Below are positions 24,201-35,300 of a DNA stretch of 64,000 nt, in pieces. The stretch comes from Paraspadella gotoi (taxonomy: Eukaryota; Animalia; Chaetognatha): contig JBJCIZ010000239.1 in NCBI GenBank assembly GCA_051294375.1, positions 2,493,476-2,557,475 on the forward strand, written 5' to 3'. The notes beneath the pieces are model-generated. The model did not search any database. It saw only the letters and a program-made list of their open reading frames with translations, and was not told the origin of the DNA. Both the position numbers and the translations under genes were made by a program. The first letter of the stretch is position 1. Every line of letters starts with the position of its first letter.

Positions 24201-26983
24201 AAATATAATAAATAAAGTGACCCAAGCACTTAAACATGTGGAAAGTAATAATAGAGAAAGAAGAATTTAAAAATTAAAGAAATAAAGAACTCGCTTGATG
24301 GATGAAGCAAAATGAAATGTATTTCTCCCTTCAGCCTGTTGAAGGAGGCTCAGCCGATCGAGGCGAAGCGAACGCTGGAGATGGGCGAAGCCCTGGAAGG
24401 CCCCGTCAACCAGACTATGGATACGGACGAGAACGAGGACGAAGAGTTGGACGAGCGACGCCTATTGAGTCGCTACGGAATCTGGTTGATGGTGGAATTG
24501 TGTTCGCCTACTGAGAACACGCCCATCGTAAGTCCCCAACTCTTTTACTCATTCTCAATTCTGGTCTATTAGAAGATGTTAGGCTATGCTGATTTAGTTA
24601 TTTTATTAGGCAATAGGCTAAATGTTGTGTAAGTAAAGAGTATTTTCTAACATTTTTATGGATATGATACTGTTATTTTGAGTTTTGAATTCATAATAAA
24701 CAGAGGTTATCAAACGCCTAATTGTACGATTAAAGACGACAGCTCAACAAAAAAAAATCGCATACATATAATATAATCTAATACTTAAGGGAGTGGTCTT
24801 TTCATACAATTGAAACATTCTTTGAAATATTTTCCACTTCATTGATAGGGAAGCCAGGTACTCTGGGAGTGAATAAACAGGACTGTGAGAGAGTCTTGAT
24901 TGAAAGCTTGCAGGGACCTGCTATGTCATTATCGTGTAAGAGTGATGGAGGCCTTAAACTATCAAAGCCTGTCCGAAGTCAGGGGCAAGATAGCTTATTT
25001 ATTAAATGAATGGATAATTTTTATATTGGTTGTACCAATTTCATAGTAAGGAAATTAAACTTAAAAATACAAAAAAAGTAAAATAGTACTGGATTCAGAT
25101 CAAAGAAATCAGGCATCAGATTTAACAATGATTTGTTTCATTTTAAAGGACAAACTGGGACGCTTGTTGGGAATGCTATGCCAATGGTACGACGCGACCG
25201 CTTATCTTCCTGAAGGTTAGTTTTTCGGGGTTTTTTTTTCTGGTTCATTGTTTAGGATAATTATAAGTATTTTTTTTTTCAATTTCGTAATTTTTTTCTT
25301 TGTTCCCGCCAAAAAAAAATAGTTGTCGGGATCTTTTTTTTAGTCGGATCTGCTTATCAGCAGATCCCGACTCTATAACTCACTTTTTATAACTCATTTT
25401 TTCGGTCCGTCGGTCCGCCCCCTCAATATTGTCGGGCACACACTTATATCATGTCAGAACATCGAATTATGATAAATTATGCAAAAAAAATGATGTCCGT
25501 CCGTCCGTCTGTCTCGTCCGTCCGTCCGTCCGTCCGTCCGTCCGTCCGTCCGTCCGTCCGTCCGTCCGTCCGCACCTTAGCAAAAAACACCAATTACTCG
25601 TGATTGGATGGATGGATTTAAATGAAATTTTGTGTGTGGATAGGTAAGTGTGTGATTGAGCTGGATATTAAGTTTCGATGGAATCGTCCGAGTGGAAATG
25701 AGTTTAAATGGAAAAAACAAAAAAATATATTCACTATTTGAACACCAATTGCTCATGAGTGGATGGGCTGATTGACCTGGAATTTTGTATGTGGGTAGGA
25801 AAGTGTGTGATTGAACAGGAAATCAAGTTTCGATGGAATAGTTTGAGTGGAAATGAGTTTAAATGGAAAAAAACAAAAAACCTGTTTTACTAATTGATTA
25901 TGCTTCTTTTTCCTTTTATATTAAATGTATCTGCAGGATGTATTAATAAATCAAATAATTAATCAGTTAATTAATCAATTAGTAAATAAATTAATCAATA
26001 ATTAATTAATTAGTCAATCAATCCGTCCATCCGTCCCATCTTAGCAAAAAGCTCCAATAACTCGTGATTGGCTGGTTGGATTGGAATTAAATTTTGTGTG
26101 TGGGTAGGAAAGTGTGTGATAAAGCTGGATATAAAATTTCGATGGAATCGTGTGAGTGGAAATTAGTTTAAATGGAAAAAACATAAGTCGAATTTACTAA
26201 AATCTTTTTACTTATTTTAACCAATAAATACTCCAATTAATCATAATTGGATGGATAGATTGAGTTGAAATTTTGTGTGTGGGTAGGAAAACGTATGACG
26301 AAGCTTGATATAAAGTTTCAGTGGAAACGTACCAGTGGAAATGAGTTTAAATGAAAAAAATATGAGTCACATTTACTTGAATCTTTTTATTTATTTTAAC
26401 CATGATAGATTGAGATGAAATTTTGTGAGCCGGTAGGAAAGTCAGTGAAGAAGCTAGATATAAAGTTTTGACGGAATGCAAGTTGAAAAATTATGCAAGT
26501 TGAAAAAATATGCAAGTTAAAAAAATCTTAAAAGCATAAGGATCGTCGCTATTGCATAAAAAGAGAGAGAGAGAGAGAGAGTGAGAGAGAGAGTGAGAGA
26601 GAAAGAGAGAGAGTGAGAGAGAGAGAGAGAGGAGACATAAAATAAAAAAATCTTAAAAGACTCAAGATCGAGCCAGAGCCCACTATCATAGAAAATTAAT
26701 GAAAAAAACCGGGAAAAAAACGAATGAATCATGCGATAACGAATTGTTGATGTACTAGTAATTGATTGAGGTAATACTAATTGATTGATGTAATAGTAAT
26801 TTATTGATGTAATAGGAATTGATTATTGATTCGATGATAATCAATTATTGATGCTATGATAGTCATTCACTGCTGTGATGATAGTCATTCAGTGATGCGA
26901 TGATTGTCTTTCATTGATTCGATGATTGTCATTCATTGATGCGATGATAGTCAATAAAACAAACAAATGCGTGTATGAGTGAA

Positions 26984-27014
<31 letters not shown>

Positions 27015-27485
27015 AAGAGAGAGAGAGAGAAAGAGAGAGAGAGAAAGAAAGAGAATAAATCCACGAAAATCTCGGATGAAAATGTGGGATTTTGTATTGA
27101 AAAAAAGCGCGGAATAAATGGCAATAATAAAAAGTTTTTAGAAGGAAAAAAATAATCAGAATTTTTCAAAAAACAAACGATCATGCAAAAGATCGGACAG
27201 ATAGGGACAGACACACACAGAGAGACAGAGAGAGAGAGAGAAAAAGAGAGAGAGAGAGAGACAGCCGCTGCAGAGAAAAAGAGAAAGAGAAAGAGCGATA
27301 TATAATAATTAAAAGAGAGAGAGAGAGAGAGATCTACAGCCACTTTACTCGTTAAAGAATCAGCAGTACTTATGGCGCCGCACGTAGCGTGAGCTATTCT
27401 CTACCCAAAGGACCCGGGTTCGCGCCCTGTTCGCGGCATCGTTTTTTACATTAGTGAACCCACATTATATCTAAAAATTTTTTTG

Positions 27486-27535
<50 letters not shown>

Positions 27536-29276
27536 AGCTGGACAGACGCTGCAGAGCCGGAACTCGTTTTTAGAAGAAGCAGTGACGGAGAAAAAGAGAG
27601 AGAGAGAGAGCGACATATAATTAAAACGTTTTTGTTTTGTAAATAAAACATAAACAAATACCAATATTGATATGAAACATGAGAATTTTAAAGATCTTGA
27701 TGATTAGAAGCCATATATGAAAATTCAACTCCCTATGATATCACACTTTCAGAAGCCATGATTGCAAAAAAGCGAGACCGAAAGCTAAACCGAAAAAAAA
27801 TCTAGACAGGACGGGCTTTGCCCGCCGGCTCGATAATAGAGGATATTTGTTTGTTTTGATAAAATGTAAACAAAACATTTAATAACTGTCCTGACTCAAT
27901 TTTAAGGACATCGATGATGACAAGCTGAATATAAATTATAATTAATCTATTAATTAATTAATTAATTATATTAATTAATTAATTAATCTATTAATTAATT
28001 AATTAATCAATTAATTAATTAATTATCGTAGGCAGATCCGACATTGTTTGCTCAAACTTGTTTTTTAATAGTCGTGATTCGTTGCATCCTGTGACTTCAT
28101 TTTGCATTTAATACGATTTTCGGTGGACGATTGTACAATTTCAAATATCCTAGCCTTCTTCTTCTTGGTTTCATTCCTTTTATCCGTTCAATGCTTTATT
28201 TATGTTGCTTTAAAACGAATGGTTAACGCTAACTTTAATCTATGGCAAGTTAAATTCATCATTTTTATTTGCTTCAAGTCTAGTATTTGAAAAACATCCG
28301 ATGTTGTTTGTTAATTTTCTCGTGTCATTTATATATAAAAGAGTGCTATTTTATTTTCAATCAAAATCGCTCTGTTGCGTTGTATATGGCCTATTTTTTC
28401 TGGACAGAATTTCACAGGTTGCCGTTTTTAACAAGATCGAATACTGAAAATTGATGATTTTACCAGTACGTAAATGTTGTCACAAGTTGTACGAGCAAAT
28501 GAACGAGACCAAGAGATTTCTTTAAAGTATTAACGAGAAGAGAAACGTAAAATGATGTAGAATTGCCAAACTAAAAAAAAAGGCTTTTCTCTCAAGGTCT
28601 CAACTTTGAATCTCCTCTTTGAATCTTCCTCTTTCCTCCCTCCTTCATTCCCCCAAAAATCGCGGACCGTAAAATGCTCCAACTTTGATTTGTAGCTCTG
28701 TCAGAACGTAGAAAGTCCAAGTTTAGACTAGAGAATCTGCAGCAACAACAGCAGCAGCATCGAGCCCCTGCCGCGACTTCTATTGGCGCCGCGGCCGCCA
28801 TGTCTCGTCAAAACGCACCCGAAAGTTCTGCGGCTGCTTCGTCGTCGTCGTCGTCGTCGTCGTCGTCGGCCACTCATTCGCCTGTTAAAGTTTGCGCCAA
28901 CTTCACCGCCGCCCCTCCATCCGATTATCCGTTCGTCCGTCAGCAAACTGTGGAATCGAAAAGAAATTCTAAGACTCAGGAAAGCATAGCCGCTTCGCTC
29001 TTGGCGTCGGCGGCCAAAGGGGGCTCCAGATTTGGAGCCCTCGGGGCTCAAGACGCCGACTTGGCGCCGGGTGCGGTACAGGGTGCGGCACAGTCGCAAC
29101 AACTGCAGCAGGAGACGAAGAAAAGTCTTGTGGGAATGCTTTGTCAAAGCTTATGGCCAATGGCGTCAGTCTGTACTTATCGTTGTAAGTCATTTTAATT
29201 TCAATTCGAAATTATATTTTCTCTTTCTCTCTCTTTCTTTCTCTCTTTTTTTTCTTTCTTTCTTTTTTTCTTTCTT

Positions 29277-29319
<43 letters not shown>

Positions 29320-32300
29320 CTCTCTCTTTCTCTCTGACACACACACACACTCGCCCCTTTCTTTTTACTTTTTTTTACGATTATGCCCGCTCCCTTATGC
29401 CTAAAAGTAAAATAATTCTTCCCTTTGCAATTTATAGTTTTAATAATTACTATTACATCCCTCACTCAATACGTATGATAGGAGAACGTAATTTCAATAA
29501 CTTTCTTTGAATTTAATTTCAAGGCTCTTTGCGGTGGAATGGCGCAGCGAAAAATATTGTTTCTAATAAAGCTTAATCTTTTATAACGCTTTTTAGGAAA
29601 GAATATATAAAGGCACAATTTTTTACCAAATTATTTATTAAATTTAAGGCAATGTGACACCAAACACCGCGCTTTTTATTATTTAATATAGATGCCATTA
29701 AAATCATAGATATATACGTACAAGAATACACGTAGCCTAAAACGTAATCATTACTAATACATAACTATAATCACCAAGTGCTATATAATTAATAATTATA
29801 ACAAAGAATATGACAATAAAGCCGAGGGAGAGGGAACCGTCCATTAAGCAATCGATTTCAAAAACTGATATGCAATTTTCTGCTTTATAAATGATTATGC
29901 TTTATTAAAATTTCAGTAATAGTTTTATGAGTATTTGTCTTGGCCCATCCCACTTATAACTAAGGTCTCACTCCCTGAAAAACTGACTAATCCCAAGAGA
30001 AATAATATTAAAGTATAACCAGGGTTCTTGGTTCTTCGATAATCTGACATTTAGAAAGCTGCATTCTTTAATGAATCTGATTTGTTGAATAACTTCTACT
30101 TTTTTATTGTTAAGTTCAATTTTGAGTTGGTTGTCAGAGACATAAAAGCTTCTGTTTCAGAATCAAGAAAATAGTTAAGAGTATGGACAAGAATATAGTT
30201 GTTTAGCCATAATAATGTCTAGAAAAAACTCAAAAACATCCCCGAGAGCTAATTGTAGGATAATACAACTGACAACCTCCTTTTGTTACTCACAGTAGTA
30301 ACCAGCTTATCAAAAGATGGCATTTGGATTCAACATCTTTTTAAAGCATTACTTCAATTCCTTACAATATGCATAAACAAAAGCTTAATTCCACTTAGCC
30401 CCATATCAAGCAAACCTAGTTATGCGATCTGTTTGCGTAAATGGCAATTTAACTGGCACTTTTGGTTTTGTTTTTTAGTATTTTTTTTTACAACAGTAAC
30501 ACATATTTTATCATAAATGATTTGGTTTTGACGCTTCAAACCGGTCATATCACTGTTTTTATTAAGAGTATTCTCCGATTATAATTTTTAAGCTTGCTCG
30601 CTTATCATAACCCAGGAATAATGAATTAGTCGGGTTTAGAAGATGACGTCGTTGTCCGTTATGAATTTAAAACCTAAATTATTAAAAGACGCCTTCAATT
30701 TTAAGGTGGAAATGTTTTTCTTTAAGGTAAATATAGTTTTTTTCTTTTATATTTACTCAACAATAAATTAAATCCATTGTGTATCCTTTTCCTTTTGATA
30801 AGGCAGGATTACTATAGCAAACGAATTTAACGTTTTCGACCAAAGATTTAGGTATTTCTTCGAAAATTTAATTCTAATAGCGCAACGTTCCTGCTGCACC
30901 TGTTAATGAGAAAAAAAGCACCTGCATCTGTTTACCCGCAGAAGCGATAAAATTTAACTTTCAAATTCTATTGACGGTTTTTTACCATCATTATTTGTAG
31001 ATTTTTAATTTTTCTCTAATTTTCAGGTAAATATATCAACCCTAAACCTCATTCCAGTAGCGTTATTATATATTTTTTTATTTCTTTCCTGCTTCTTTTA
31101 CAAAGATAACGTCGGAAACGCCTTGCAAAGACTCAAACCAGAAGTAAGATTTTTTTTTTGGTTTTTTTTTTCAGATTTGATTTTATAGAAAAGTTTTCCT
31201 CACTTGTGTTTGAAAAAAAAATCACGCTTTGTACTTAATCGTACAACTCTCCCTTTCAGTACATCAAAGATTGGCTAGACCGTGTGAACCTCTTGGGTTT
31301 CGGGGAACTGCTGACCGCTTGCCTGCTTCCTTACCCGCCGGACTTCACGAAAGTAGGTGGATTTTGGGACACAGATTGCAGCCGGGTCATGAGGATTAAG
31401 GAAGGACTCAATCTCCTCCACTGCCTCCTGCCTTACGACATCATCTCCTACGAGGTAAACCTCTCCCTGTTATTTAAGAAGAACATCTATTAACACCACA
31501 ATATGTAAATGAGATTAAGAATAAACCACAATTAAATAATGGGACCTATGTGGAAGACGATGCCGCGAGCAGTTCACCGTCCCGAACTTCGGATCCGGGT
31601 GTAGTCCGTCACTACAGGTAGGTGAGACGTCCCGTCGCGCTTTCTTGTGTGAATCAGCAGGGCGCGAACCCGAGTCCTTTGGGTTGGCAGGAGCTCGTGC
31701 TACCTCCGGCGCCATAGGTGCTGCTGATTCTCGGACGAGTAACGACTAATGGGGTATGAACTACTACCGCTACACCTTTCCAAATTTTACCAACTGAGCT
31801 TCTGATATTTTTCCCTATTCTCATCAATTCTCGTAACAAGTGAAACAAAAACGATAACGTCTTCAAAATGATATTAACATTTATAAGTATAACATCATGG
31901 GTATTGGGTAATACTTATTTGAGTATATGACTTTCTTACTTCCGAAATTTTTATGTTTTTACCCAGACTTGGGACTTCATTATTCCTTATTGGCTGGAAA
32001 CAATAAACAAAGAAGTCAACGACGACGAACTATCCGAACTAAAGATTTTACTATGGTGAGAAAATTAGTTTTTTTTTTGTTTTTTTTGCAAGGTGATTAC
32101 TGATTAGGCTACATAGCTGATCGCTATAGTTTCAATCCACTCACGTTCTCGCTATGTTATGCGTGTTATGAGACTTGTATAAGCTCGCAGTGACATGGGG
32201 TGGTCACCGAAGATCCGAAGCCTTGAGCGCCGTGAATTACACCCGTTATCCGTGCAGTTATTTATTTATTATTTATTATCTATTATTTATTTCAGCAAAA

Positions 32301-35300
32301 TGTTCGACCGCGACATCTCCCCCGTTTCCTTCGGACCCGACGAAATCTTTCACTGCATCGCCGTCCGGTTCGACAAGACGCCGATGGAGACGCAGGAGCA
32401 GGCGCTCCAGTGGCTCCAGCTCCTCTCCATCCTCGACATTGTAATCCCCATTGACATCGTCCTTAAAATGTTCACCAAAGGTGAAGTTGGGCGGGAAATT
32501 AGTTTTTCGGGTTCCAGGATTTTATTCATTCTTTTATTATTTCTTTTTCCCCCTTTCTCTCTCCCCCTCTCTCTCTCCCTTTCACCCCCTTTCTCTCTCT
32601 CTCCTCCAGGCGTAACCTCGACTCTCCCCGCATTCAATATCATTCGGAGCGAGACGGTCCCGGACGAAGGACCGAATTCGACGAACGCGAAAGGCTCGTC
32701 CGATACGCCATCTTTAAATCCTGACGCGTCGGCGGCGTCGCACAAACTCGATCCGGGGACGACGCCTAGCGGGAGCTCGGAGAATTTGCTCGGTACAGGC
32801 GATGCAGGGATTGGGGGGAAAAAACATATTATAATTAATATTTAATAAAGTAAGATAATGATTTGATTTCTTATTCAGGAACTCTGACGTCGTCCATCGG
32901 AAAAAAATTCGGGAGTCCGGGAATTCGACGTCGCGACGCCGAAGATCGAGACGACGACGTTGAGGCGCGAAACCCGGATGTGAAGAGCGGCGCTGCTGAG
33001 AAGACGGAAGGGAAAGGTGAGAGAGAGAGAGAAAGAGAGAGAGGAGAGAAAGAGAAAGATATAACAGAGAATGATAGAAAGAAGGGGACGAAGGAAAAGA
33101 GGACGAAAGAAAGAAAGAAAGAAAAAAGATAAAGAAAGAAATAAATCTAGTTGACCAAAGATGGAGAAAAAAAGAGATCTAAGTGATCTAAAAAGATCTA
33201 AAAAGATCTAAAAAGAGATCTAAGAGATCTTAGAGTTTAGGATGAAAGAGAGTAAGAGAGTAAGAAAGAAAGCAATTAAGTGAGAAGTGAGGAAGGAAGA
33301 GAAATATGAGAGGGAAAAAAGGAGAAACCAAAAAAAAAAGGGAAAAAAATCTATCACTTTTTTTTCCTTTTTTTCCTTTTTTTCCTTTTTTTTCTGAAAA
33401 GAAAACGGAGCAAACAAATGATTTCGGGAACGGTTGCCAAAAATTCATATTTTAACAATAAATGCTGCTGAAGACTCGAATTCAAAGAGTCGAAACATGT
33501 CCTATTAAAAATAAAATCGTTGTAATAAATTTCAAAAACGCTTTGTTTTTTCTCTAAATATTAAACAACAACGAAAAAAAGGATTATCACATCGTGTAAC
33601 AATAAAAGCGAACCTCTTCCCCCTCTTTGTCAGAAATAAAACGGACGAAGCGTAAAAATGGAAGCGAGGACGACGGAGGGAATCACCTCAACCTCAGATG
33701 CTTCATCATGATGTTGGATCTCATCGTCAAGCAGGTTGGACTAAAAAACTTTTTTCATTTTCTTTTTTTTTCTTTTTCTTTCCTTCCTTCTCCACAATTA
33801 TTTTGATTTTCTCTCTCCCATCCCCAGAACGAACTGCAAGAGGTCCCGGACCATCAAGGACTCTATCACCCCGCGACCAGAGAAGTCATGAACATCCTTT
33901 GTCAAATGCTGGAAGCGCCCTGGGTAGGGGACCACCTCTGCGAGAAAGTCAAGGACATAGAGCAGGATCTGGCGCTCTCCTGCGAGTTTTGCCACCTGCA
34001 GGCGTTGTGGCACGAATTAGCGAGAGAGGTATGGAAGAATTTTTTTTTAGAATATTACGAAATCAATCTCATTCGACTATTGTAGTAGATTATTTTTATT
34101 TCAAGTCCAATTGATTTATGTACAGTTTTATTATTAGGTATATATATTTGGATTTCACCATGATTTTTAAAAAAAAAATTTAGTAGAACATTGGAATATT
34201 TATGATAATATTGATCACACCCCCCTCCCCCACCCGGGACAGTTGTGCCGCCACATCGCGCCTCGTCAGGTGGTGACTCATCGCGACATCGACTCTCTCT
34301 CATTCTCGCGAGATTTGACGGGAAGCGCCGCTTTGAGCGCCACCACGGGACAAGCCATCGGGAGCGAAGCACCGTCGCCGTCAGCGGGAGATGCCGAGGA
34401 GGAAGGTTTGTGCCTGGTTACCTTGTTATTGCAGTTGATATTATAATAACACCAAGGACCAGTTTTGTAATTAAGATATCTATTTTTGATGTTTATTTCA
34501 AATGACTTATTATCTTTCGTTTGTATATGGTATTGAAAACCGAATCGTCAAATACAAATCGTCGAAAATCATTTGTGTGAAAGTTAGTATTGAAAAATAT
34601 AAAAATATTTACAAAAACAAACAACTTAGCATTTGGCCGATTACTAAAAAAAAATAATTATATACGTCCATACTCAAATTTCTTCCAATCTCCTTAATCA
34701 CTTTTCGTCTTTTCTTAATCTCTTTAATCACTTTTCGTCTTTTCTTAATCTCTTTAATCACTTTTCGTCTTTTCTTAATCTCTTTAATCACTTTTCGTCT
34801 TTTCTTAATCTCTTTAATCACTTTTCGTCTTTTCTTAATCTCCTTAATCACTTTTCGTCTTTTCTCAATCTCTTTAATCACTTTTCGTCTTTTCTTAATC
34901 TCTTTAATCACTTTTCGTCTTTTCTTAATCTCTTTAATCACTTTTCGTCTTTTCTTAATCTCTTTAATCACTTTTCGTCTTTTCTTAATCTCTTAATCAC
35001 TTTTCGTCTTTTCTTAATCTCTTTAATCACTTTTCGTCTTTTCTTAATCTCTTTAATCACTTTCGTCTTTCTTAATCTCTTAATCACTTTTCGTCTTTTC
35101 TTAATCTCTTTAATCACTTTTCGTCTTTTCTTAATCTCTTTAATCACTTTTCTCTTTTCTTAATCTCTTTAATCACTTTCGTCTTTCTTAATCTTTAATC
35201 ACTTTTCGTCTTTTCTTAATCTCTTTAATCACTTTTCGTCTTTTCTTAATCTCTTTAATCACTTTTCGTCTTTTTCTTAATCTCTTTAATCACTTTTCGT

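Larger units (their letters stand above)
25341..28060 (+). mobile_element. Helentron-associated interspersed element (DINE-1/HINE-like, family A) with nested insertions
   Basis: T-run, then subTIR GTCGGATCTGC with adjacent inverted partner GCAGATCCCGAC, a (GTCC)n microsatellite and about five ~170-bp internal subrepeats. The 3' end has subTIR GCAGATCCGAC, hairpin GTTTG-CT-CAAAC and a T-run. Confidence 0.8.

Noticed and set aside
27373-27440. Functional tRNA gene (also considered 62181-62262 and the 8241-8462 head)
   Set aside because: A/B boxes are present but acceptor and anticodon stems do not form a proper cloverleaf; better explained as SINE heads.
26517-29465. SLSL/RERE-type ORFs
   Set aside because: Translations of (AG)n/(CT)n microsatellites.
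30200-30430. Decayed LINE reverse-transcriptase fragment on the minus strand
   Set aside because: Only a vague GVRQG-like resemblance with many stops; not supportable without a search.
30781-30790. U12-type donor GTATCCTTT
   Set aside because: No adjoining exon; flanking UNC-79 exons join without it.
34609-34971. ORF (KKRRKVIKEI)n, and the array as a CRISPR candidate
   Set aside because: Translation of a head-to-tail minisatellite with no spacers, in a eukaryotic intron.
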